Shown here: one piece after another, positions 35,800 to 43,142 of the stretch | How the letters are laid out: the number at the start of each line of letters is the position of its first letter | How positions within the stretch are numbered: position 1 is the stretch's first letter | From: Escherichia phage vB_EcoP-683R2 | Direction: 5' to 3' (one strand) | Length of the DNA: 43,142 nucleotides | Sequence record: ON470594.1 | Position numbers and translations under genes: made by a program | The notes under the pieces: generated by a model | Databases searched by the model: none | Told to the model about the DNA's origin: nothing | The model's input: only the letters and a program-made list of their open reading frames with translations

Positions 35800-37796
35800 T
35801 GGCTAAAGCATGGAAAGATGTTATCGCCTCTCCACAGTATCAGGCGTTAGCACCAGAACAAAAAGCGCAGGCTCAGGAGCAATACTTCAATGAAGTCGTG
35901 GCCCCGCAAGCCGGAGAAAATGCAGAGCAGGCTAAGCAAGCTTTCTATGCTGCCTATCCATTGCCATCTGTGTCGCCAGTGGAGACGCCGCAACCAGTAG
36001 CACAGCAACAACCACAGCAAAGTGGATTTATGTCTGATCTTGGCGAAGCAGTAAAAGAGACTGGTCGCGGACTGGTGCAGGCTGGCGTGAATGTGGCAAA
36101 CATACCTGCATCAGTTGCCGATGCTGTAACAAGCGCGGCGGCTTGGGCTGGCGGTAAACTCGGCATTGGCGATGGTACATATCAACCAGCACCACGAGTA
36201 ACAACGCAGGGATTAGAGCAGGACTTTGGCCTTCAGCAAGGCGCGCTGACTCCACAAACGACAGAGGGAAGGGTATTTGCTGAAGCATTGCCTTACCTCA
36301 CTCCTGCTGGCGTTGAGAGAGCGGCAACACAGGCACCAACACTTGCTGGTCGAATTGCTCAGGGGGCAACTCGCCTTCTAGCAGAAAACGCAGTTGGATC
36401 ACTTGCTGCAAACAGTGCGAAAGATGATGCGGAAGCACTCGCCACCGATTTAGGCGTTGGTGTGCTGGCTGGCGGTGCTATTAACGCTGCCGGACGTGGA
36501 TTAGGTGCTGCTTATCGTGGTGTTCGTGGTTCGATAGCACCAGAAGCTCAACAGGCTATCAGGTTTGCAGAGCGTGAAGGAGTTCCTCTGCACACCACAG
36601 ACCTGTTACAGCCTACTTCCCGCGTCGGGAAAATGGCGCAGACTACAGCAGAAAATATCCCCCTGGCTGGCACAAGCGGAATGAGAGCAACGCAACAGGA
36701 AGCGAGAAGCCAGTTGGTGCAGAGATTTGCCGATAAATTCGGTGAGTATGATCCAGCGGTTGTTATTGACAGCCTTAAAGCGAAAACATCAGGAATTCGT
36801 CGTGCCGCCGGTAATCGACTGGAGCAGGTTCAGAATGCTATGGCTGGAGTAAACATTCAGCCTGCACGAGCAATTCAGCAGATTGATACTGAGATATCTA
36901 ATCTGCAGAAGCTTGGTAAGGTGGCTGATAACGAGACAATTTCAAAACTTCAGTCCTATCGTGATGAGCTTGTTCGCAATGCTGGTCCTGATGGTCCGGT
37001 AAATCTGGATTTGAAGCAATTAAGCGATCTGCGCAGCCAGTTCAGAATGGACGTGAAGGGTGAGCGACCAGTGTTACCAAACCGTTCCGATGCTGCCATT
37101 CAGCGCGTTTACAATGCAATGACCGACGATATCAATGGTGCCATTGGTCAGAATCTTGGCAACGATACTCTCCGTAAATATCAGCAGGCCAATGCCGTCT
37201 ACGCTGACGAAGCGGCTAAACTAAAGAATACCAGGCTGAAGAATGTTCTCATGAAAGGCGATCTGACGCCGGAAGTTGTCAACAACATGCTATTCAGCAA
37301 GAACAAATCGGAAATTAAGACTCTGTATAACTCAGTTGGTCGTGTTGGCAGGGCGCAAATGCGCAATGGCATCATTGGAAAGGCGATGGAGAAATCTGGC
37401 GGATCCCCTGACCAGTTCCTTCGGCAGCTTAACATCCTGCAAAACCAGACTGGCATCACATTTAAGGGGCAGGATGCTGCTTATCTGAAAGGATTGAAAA
37501 ATTACCTTCAGTCCACTCAGCAGGCAGCAAAAGCGGCAGTAACAACACCCACAGGGCAGCAAACCATCCCGTTCATTATCGGGTATGGGACGGCAATGAA
37601 CCCGGCGACAACTGGCGCAGCAGTAAGCTACGGACTTCTTACTCGCGCCTATGAGAGCGAACCATTCAGAAATGCAATGCTCAGAATGGCAAACACCCCA
37701 CGCGGATCAACAGCCTTTGAGAAAGCAATGCAGCAGGCACAAAAGGCAATTAACGCTCTGACGCAGGGGGCTAAGTCTGATTCGTTGTCAGAATAG
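35799..37796 (+). CDS. Ejection protein (P22 gp16-like)
   Basis: 665 aa; assigned by synteny and size; last gene before the tailspike. Confidence 0.6.
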   Translation: MAKAWKDVIASPQYQALAPEQKAQAQEQYFNEVVAPQAGENAEQAKQAFYAAYPLPSVSPVETPQPVAQQQPQQSGFMSDLGEAVKETGRGLVQAGVNVANIPASVADAVTSAAAWAGGKLGIGDGTYQPAPRVTTQGLEQDFGLQQGALTPQTTEGRVFAEALPYLTPAGVERAATQAPTLAGRIAQGATRLLAENAVGSLAANSAKDDAEALATDLGVGVLAGGAINAAGRGLGAAYRGVRGSIAPEAQQAIRFAEREGVPLHTTDLLQPTSRVGKMAQTTAENIPLAGTSGMRATQQEARSQLVQRFADKFGEYDPAVVIDSLKAKTSGIRRAAGNRLEQVQNAMAGVNIQPARAIQQIDTEISNLQKLGKVADNETISKLQSYRDELVRNAGPDGPVNLDLKQLSDLRSQFRMDVKGERPVLPNRSDAAIQRVYNAMTDDINGAIGQNLGNDTLRKYQQANAVYADEAAKLKNTRLKNVLMKGDLTPEVVNNMLFSKNKSEIKTLYNSVGRVGRAQMRNGIIGKAMEKSGGSPDQFLRQLNILQNQTGITFKGQDAAYLKGLKNYLQSTQQAAKAAVTTPTGQQTIPFIIGYGTAMNPATTGAAVSYGLLTRAYESEPFRNAMLRMANTPRGSTAFEKAMQQAQKAINALTQGAKSDSLSE

Positions 37797-37960
37797 CTTT
37801 GCAAACACCAGAAATGTGCAAAAACCAAATATATAGAACGCAATATTCAACAGATCTTTTTGCATAGACTCATCTCATAGTTAACAAATCATAACTTACA
37901 TTAATGCAATGCCGGGCAAGTTGCATCTTGTTCCGCATTGCTACGTCTGGAGAAAATTAA

Positions 37961-40360
37961 ATGACAGACATTACAGCCAATGTTGTAGTGAGTATGCCTT
38001 CGCAACTCTTCACTATGGCGCGTTCTTTTAAAGCAGTAGCCAACGGCAAAATTTATATCGGAAAAATTGACACTGACCCGGTAAGTCCAGAAAACCAGAT
38101 TCAGGTTTATGTAGAGAACGAAGACGGCTCTCATGTTCCTGTTTCGCAGCCAATCATCATTAACGCTGCTGGATATCCGGTATATAACGGGCAGATTGCC
38201 AAATTCGTAACTGTTCAAGGCCATTCTATGGCTGTATATGATGCATATGGCACTCAGCAGTTCTATTTCCCTAATGTGCTGAAGTATGACCCGGATCAGC
38301 TACGGCAGCAGTTAGAAGACCCGGATGGTGCTAAAAAATATCCCGAATTGCAGATTGCACGATGGCGTGATGACAAAGATGTTCGCGGTTGGGGGGCTAT
38401 CAGTGATGGAATAACTGACGCTACTGAGGCATTCTCTAACGCAGGCTATAGAATGTTTGTTCCTGATGGCGATTTTGCAGTAAATACTCTCGAAGTTGAT
38501 GTATCTTCTGCTCGAGGTATTGGGAGGATTGTTGCAGATAATGGCTCTCTTATTTCCGTTTCTCGTCTACTTGAAACTGACAAACTTGCGCAGAGAAAAA
38601 TGATGGAACCTTTTTTTGGTTTTCAGGGAGAAACAAACACAGAAATTTATCCTAATGCCAGAAATGCGTTACAGGGGATCGCATATTGCCGTGTTAATGG
38701 CATTGAAAAACTATTTGTCACACAACGGCCTGTTGGGCCAACCTGGTCGGATAAAGAAAGAGTTCGTATTGTTGAGTTTAATCTTTATGATGATGGAAGG
38801 GTAGTAAACCATGTTGCGTATTCTCCAGAATTAAACCTTGGGCACGGATTTGATCTTTCTGCCATGGTGGAGAATGGTCAAGTATATTTATATACATCAA
38901 GTGTAACCAATTCAGGTGAAGATGGGGAGTCTGCAGGCAAAGGGTTTAGTAAAATAACTTGGCGAGGGGCAGGAACAACTCAGTCTGACGTAAAAAGTTA
39001 TAATGTATGGGGGATTACTGGTAGCGGTCACCCATTTCAAGATTACAATCGTGCAGGAATTGCCATTTCTTCTGACGGTCGTCTTTTAATAATGGTTAAT
39101 ACACCAAAGAGTGATGCCGCTAAACGAACTGTATTTATATACGATAAAATATCAATTGATAAACTTGAAGATAAAACATTAGCAAACCCCATGTTTGTTT
39201 GGGAAATGAGCGACTCACCTTCTGAAGGCGCTTACTCTGTACAAGGTATTGCGTCTGATGGAAGATATATACATATACTTAAGGGAGGCACTAATGCTTT
39301 TGGAAAGCATCATATCTTTACATATGATTTAACAGGTAATTTACTAAGAAAATTAGATATCGATGATGCAAGGTCGCAATATGGGCGCGATGGGTTGCTT
39401 AACCATCCAACTCTTGGGAATCCAGCCAGATTCGAGCCGGAAGGTTTAACTATTCGTGGCGAAGAAATAATTATAAGCTGCATAGAAACATGGAGGGCAG
39501 GAGCTAATATTGTAAACTGGCGTGGAAGAAGATGGGCTGCATCATCTATTGAGACTTCTGGAATAATTGGTGTTCCTCCATCAAATGGCTCTTATTGGGT
39601 GGAAACAACCAAGGATGCAAATTCTGGAGACTGGAGTCCTGATACAGATTATGGATGGGGAAGTAGCTATTCTCTTGAGAAAAAGACAATTTACTCTATA
39701 CGACCAGCGACTGGTAACAACGATGAGCAGAACCTTAATTCTGGCATAACCAATGCTTCAAGTAATGCAGGTGTAGATGCCGGAGAAAGCGGGCGAAATA
39801 TATCATTTAGATGGCGCAATGCTTTTAATATTGTTGCATTTAGCGAACGTCTTGGTGAGTACTTCAACGCTATTATGTATGATAATAGCTCAAGACTAAG
39901 AATATACGATCAGCAAAACGGTAGTGATAACACTGTTTATGGCTCAATCCAGGCACTATTTACGTCATCATTTAAGGGATTGATTTTAAGGGGTAGGGGG
40001 GTATCAGCATCAAATAGTTCCTATATTAGGTTACATTCATCTGATGATCCAAACTACCCAAATTCGATCATTGAAGGAACAAGAACAGATGGAAGTTTTT
40101 CCAGGGAAACAGATTCAAACGGCACCACTACATTTGCATCGGACTCAGAGCACGAACCGTTGCGTATCAGAAGGGCTTCAGATGGTTTGTTGTTTGCATA
40201 CGAGAAAGTAAGAGGTACAACTCTCTTTGGAATTTATAGAGGCTCCGGTTCACCTGAGGGTGTTGTGACCGCACCTCAGGGGTCAATGTACATTGATTAT
40301 AATGGTGATTGGTATCAAAAAAAAACAGGAACAGGAAATACCGGATGGATACTAAAATAA
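37961..40360 (+). CDS. Tailspike: P22-type N-terminal head-binding domain fused to a receptor-binding domain of unrecognised family
   Basis: First about 110 aa ([40 protein letters not shown]…VLKYDPDQ) nearly identical to the P22/Sf6/HK620 tailspike head-binding domain; the remaining about 690 aa match none of those and the DNA becomes more AT-rich. Confidence 0.9.
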   Translation: MTDITANVVVSMPSQLFTMARSFKAVANGKIYIGKIDTDPVSPENQIQVYVENEDGSHVPVSQPIIINAAGYPVYNGQIAKFVTVQGHSMAVYDAYGTQQFYFPNVLKYDPDQLRQQLEDPDGAKKYPELQIARWRDDKDVRGWGAISDGITDATEAFSNAGYRMFVPDGDFAVNTLEVDVSSARGIGRIVADNGSLISVSRLLETDKLAQRKMMEPFFGFQGETNTEIYPNARNALQGIAYCRVNGIEKLFVTQRPVGPTWSDKERVRIVEFNLYDDGRVVNHVAYSPELNLGHGFDLSAMVENGQVYLYTSSVTNSGEDGESAGKGFSKITWRGAGTTQSDVKSYNVWGITGSGHPFQDYNRAGIAISSDGRLLIMVNTPKSDAAKRTVFIYDKISIDKLEDKTLANPMFVWEMSDSPSEGAYSVQGIASDGRYIHILKGGTNAFGKHHIFTYDLTGNLLRKLDIDDARSQYGRDGLLNHPTLGNPARFEPEGLTIRGEEIIISCIETWRAGANIVNWRGRRWAASSIETSGIIGVPPSNGSYWVETTKDANSGDWSPDTDYGWGSSYSLEKKTIYSIRPATGNNDEQNLNSGITNASSNAGVDAGESGRNISFRWRNAFNIVAFSERLGEYFNAIMYDNSSRLRIYDQQNGSDNTVYGSIQALFTSSFKGLILRGRGVSASNSSYIRLHSSDDPNYPNSIIEGTRTDGSFSRETDSNGTTTFASDSEHEPLRIRRASDGLLFAYEKVRGTTLFGIYRGSGSPEGVVTAPQGSMYIDYNGDWYQKKTGTGNTGWILK

Positions 40361-40447
40361 ATATAGTTTTTTCAATTAAAGTACTAGTGCATTAAGCCAT
40401 GATAAACAAATAAAATAAACCTCTATTGCTTTATTCTATATAAAAAA

Positions 40448-40472
40448 CCACCTCATAATGAGATGGTTTTTT
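40448..40472. terminator. Hairpin plus T-tract terminator between the convergent tailspike and SGNH hydrolase genes
   Basis: CCACCTCAT-a-ATGAGATGG stem (one mismatch) followed by TTTTTT. Confidence 0.45.
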
Positions 40473-40479
40473 ACTATTC

Positions 40480-41094
40480 TTATTTTTTAATTAAAGGGTA
40501 TATGATTGACGCCCACATTAAATACCCATTACCATTTAGATGGACTCCATCATCGCTATACTTAGCTAGTATTTTTCTATCTTTTGCCATGTGCACGTTA
40601 AGATCTACGAAACGACAATAATTAGATACAGAGCAATAGTTATTTATTGCATTGTTTAATTTTAATATTTTTATGTTGTCATTTAACCTGCTTTCTCTTG
40701 ACACGTAAAGGGTGGACTGAATGAATACATTAATTCTGTGTTTGTGTAGTTTTTTTATTATATGCTTATAGTCACGAACCACATCATCAACACTTCTTTT
40801 TCTTCTGAAATCATTTGTTCCGCCCATAATGAATACATATTTGGGCTTTAATAAAAATATAGAATCAATCCTTCTTTTCATAAATTTAACTTCATCTCCC
40901 CCAATGCCCCTATTTGCTACAGATAAACTAGGAAGAAGCTCATTCCACTCTCCTCGCGCGGTTATGCTATCGCCAAGCATAACAATATCCCTTTGCTCCT
41001 TTAATAACTCAAACATCGACTCCCTCATGCGATATGGTGGCGTTTTGTTTGTATCAGAAGCAAATGAAAAAAATGGTATAGATAACAAAAACAT
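40480..41094 (-). CDS. Exported SGNH/GDSL-family hydrolase (putative esterase/deacylase), prophage cargo
   Basis: SGNH blocks in order: GDSIT, NRGIGGD, GGTND, DGVHLN. Start set at the ATG giving MFLLSIPFFSFASD… (hydrophobic signal-like segment); the listed TTG at 41280 would overlap the divergent neighbour. Start codon uncertain; very AT-rich DNA. Confidence 0.65.
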   Translation of the reverse strand: MFLLSIPFFSFASDTNKTPPYRMRESMFELLKEQRDIVMLGDSITARGEWNELLPSLSVANRGIGGDEVKFMKRRIDSIFLLKPKYVFIMGGTNDFRRKRSVDDVVRDYKHIIKKLHKHRINVFIQSTLYVSRESRLNDNIKILKLNNAINNYCSVSNYCRFVDLNVHMAKDRKILAKYSDDGVHLNGNGYLMWASIIYPLIKK

Positions 41095-41211
41095 AAAAAT
41101 AAACAAATTATCAACAATGTGCTTACTTGTTTGTTTGCATTTGTTAACTGTTTGACTGATTAATAAGGCAATGTTATGATTTTTGTCGTCATAAAATGTA
41201 AGGAAAATCAT

Positions 41212-41868
41212 ATGAATAAAGGCCTTTTTCTTCCTTGTGGAGAGTATGATTTTATAGCAAGCCTTGGTAAAAAATGTCAACCAGCAGGAAGGTTAAAGCG
41301 ATTTGGGTTGAGGACATTTAGTGGACCATTTGATTGGTTTGCCTCTCAAAAACTACCTCAAGTTACAAAAATAATTAATAAGGGGTGCGACCACCTTTTC
41401 TTGCCTGAAAATATAAAAATTAATGGCAGATTTAAAAATTGTATTGATATCACAGATACAGCGACTGGATTTCGAAGTATTCACGATATTCTTATTGATG
41501 ACTATGAAAAACAAGGTATTGAAGTCTGCTTGTTTAATATGATGAAAAAAATAAAGGCGAGAAGAAAAAGATTTATAGAGAAAATCAATGAGTCGGAACG
41601 TGTTTTACTCGTTAGATTGAATGCAGAACGAGATGCTGTGTATAAACTGAGAAGTGTTTTGGATAAAAAATTCCCAACAACAAAAATAGATCTTCTTATT
41701 TTTAAGGAGCGCAAAGGAGAAGACCTTTGCAATATAGACTTTGATATGCCAGATACTTATGTAGTATCTGGTGATAATGAACCAACCAACGATGAGTGGT
41801 TGGGTAGCGATCAAGCTTGGAAGATTATGCTTTCATCTGTAAAGATTAGGACTTATTATAGTTCATAA
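41212..41868 (+). CDS. DUF1796-like protein (putative papain-like cysteine peptidase family), prophage cargo
   Basis: ATG 6 nt after AAGGA; N-terminal motif FIASLGKKCQPAGRLKRFGL…SGPFDWF fits the SLGxxCxxAxxLxxxGL…PFDW pattern I associate with DUF1796; divergent from the SGNH gene across about 117 bp of AT-rich DNA. Confidence 0.5.
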   Translation: MNKGLFLPCGEYDFIASLGKKCQPAGRLKRFGLRTFSGPFDWFASQKLPQVTKIINKGCDHLFLPENIKINGRFKNCIDITDTATGFRSIHDILIDDYEKQGIEVCLFNMMKKIKARRKRFIEKINESERVLLVRLNAERDAVYKLRSVLDKKFPTTKIDLLIFKERKGEDLCNIDFDMPDTYVVSGDNEPTNDEWLGSDQAWKIMLSSVKIRTYYSS

Positions 41869-41984
41869 TATTTAAATGTTAGATAGCACTGGCAGTATAT
41901 AATTTATATAGCCATAAAAAATAACACACAAAGCTTTGCACTTGATTGCAAGGTTTTGTGCTCTTCGATAGTGGTTAAGGTGGT

Positions 41985-43142
41985 TCACTCCACCTTTTCA
42001 TCAAGCCAGTCCGCCCACCACTGCATCATTTCTCTGCGCTTATCGAGATACTGAGCATGGTTGTAAATACCGCGCACAGATCCGCCGTTGGCATGTGCCA
42101 GCTGCACTTCAATAGCGTCAGCAGGCCATTCGTGCTCGTTCATAATTGTGCTGAATTCATGCCTGAATCCGTGACCGCTTTCCAGACCTTCATAGCCGAT
42201 TTGTTTGATCACAAGCAATACCGCGTTCTCGCAGATTGGCTTCTTCTTATCGTTGCGCCCGGCAAAAACAAACTCTGAGACTGGTTTGGTGATTGAGCTT
42301 AGCGTAGTGAGAAGTTCAACCACCTGGTCTGACATCGGGACCACATGAATTTTGCGTCCCTTCATCACATTGGCGTCGATGGTGATAATCCTGTTTTCAA
42401 AATCGACGTTCTTCCATTGCATGGAACGAAGCTCTTTCGTTCTTAGGGCTGTGTAGCGTAAAACTTTGGTCGCAATGAGCGATACGATACTTCCTGAAAA
42501 TGTTGCAAGTGCTTTGTTGAATGCCGGGATCTGGTCTGCTGGAAGAAACGGGAAGTTCTTCTTGCGGTATCCCTTCATGGCGTCAGCAAGGTCAGGTGCC
42601 GGGTTATATTTAGCCCTGCCGGTGACAATAGCGTAACGGAAAACCTCGCCGCACCTTCTGCGTGCTTTGTTGGCTCGCTCCATTGCACCGCGATCTTCAA
42701 ACCTGCGGATTACTTCCAGCAGTTGCATAGGCTCAATATCCTGAATTTCAAGGCCGCCGATGATAGGTAAAATGTCGTCATCAAACATTTTTGCAAGTTC
42801 AGTTGCATAGCCTACTGACCAGACTTGCTTCTTGTGCTCATACCATTCCTTGTAAATCACACTAAAGGAATTGTTGTTAGACGAAGCCTTTTTCGCTTTT
42901 ACCGGATCGATGCCAACCGAGATGTCTTTCCTCGCAGTCCATGCCTTATCCCTTGCCTCCTGCAAAGTCATAAGCGGATATTTTCCGACAGTCAGGATTT
43001 TCTCCTTACCGTCAATCTTGTAGCGAAGCTGCCATACCTTTTTCCCTGACACAGGGACATAAAGGTACAGGCCATTACCATCGAGTAGGCGGTATGGTTT
43101 TTCTTTCGGCTTTGCTGCTTCAATCTGCTTAACGGTGAGCAT
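41985..43142 (-). CDS. intS: Tyrosine integrase (P4/CP4-57-type, IntS-like, argW-targeting)
   Basis: 385 aa; N-terminal arm-binding region (MLTVKQIEAAKPKEKPYRLLDGNGLYLYV…) and C-terminal catalytic region (…HGFRHEF…RGIYNH…); matches the K-12 CPS-53 integrase IntS as recalled. Start codon is the last 3 bases of the window; the tRNA target would lie just beyond. Confidence 0.9.
   Translation of the reverse strand: MLTVKQIEAAKPKEKPYRLLDGNGLYLYVPVSGKKVWQLRYKIDGKEKILTVGKYPLMTLQEARDKAWTARKDISVGIDPVKAKKASSNNNSFSVIYKEWYEHKKQVWSVGYATELAKMFDDDILPIIGGLEIQDIEPMQLLEVIRRFEDRGAMERANKARRRCGEVFRYAIVTGRAKYNPAPDLADAMKGYRKKNFPFLPADQIPAFNKALATFSGSIVSLIATKVLRYTALRTKELRSMQWKNVDFENRIITIDANVMKGRKIHVVPMSDQVVELLTTLSSITKPVSEFVFAGRNDKKKPICENAVLLVIKQIGYEGLESGHGFRHEFSTIMNEHEWPADAIEVQLAHANGGSVRGIYNHAQYLDKRREMMQWWADWLDEKVE

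Larger units (their letters stand above)
5730..43142. mobile_element. Lambdoid prophage, P22/Sf6-like podovirus morphogenesis module with lambda-like regulation and lysis modules; runs to (and beyond) the window end
   Basis: Contiguous phage gene set from the AlpA-like gene through early-left genes, immunity, replication, nin, Q, lysis, packaging, head, ejection proteins and tailspike to the integrase; left boundary at the att core; integrase start codon at the last window base. Confidence 0.88.

Noticed and set aside
41095-41280. Listed TTG start (and an in-frame ATG at 41211) extending the SGNH hydrolase ORF upstream
   Set aside because: Both would place the start inside or against the divergent DUF1796-like gene and leave no promoter space; the ATG at 41094 begins a signal-like hydrophobic segment. 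The exact start remains uncertain.

Overview
The window holds the chromosomal sucrose-utilisation locus (cscR, cscA, cscK, cscB; 1-5.3 kb) followed by a nearly complete lambdoid prophage of about 37 kb (about 5.73 kb to the window end), integrated at the 3' end of an argW-type tRNA-Arg site. All identifications are from reading the translations and DNA by eye and from memory of the families; no searches were run. The prophage is a mosaic. Its regulation and lysis genes (N with nutL, cII with nutR, cIII, kil, S, R, Rz/Rz1, ninB/E/F/H, rusA) are lambda-like, while its immunity specificity differs (cI N-terminus, cro, operators). Its packaging and virion genes (terS, terL, portal, scaffold, coat, gp4, gp10, needle, ejection proteins, tailspike) are P22/Sf6-like, read leftward from the right end as an IntS-like integrase, then cargo, then tailspike. 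The best candidate for an undescribed system is a markedly AT-rich, divergently transcribed two-gene cassette between the tailspike and the integrase (40.4-41.9 kb): an exported SGNH/GDSL hydrolase plus a DUF1796-like putative cysteine peptidase, sitting where P22-like prophages carry O-antigen conversion genes. Other items worth a second look are an immediate-early gene of unknown function between N and a terminator, a protein with a long E/R/K/A-rich helix, a split tRNA 3'-end homology around the AlpA-like gene, an HNH-AP2 endonuclease inserted in the tail-gene cluster, and a tailspike with an unrecognised receptor-binding domain.
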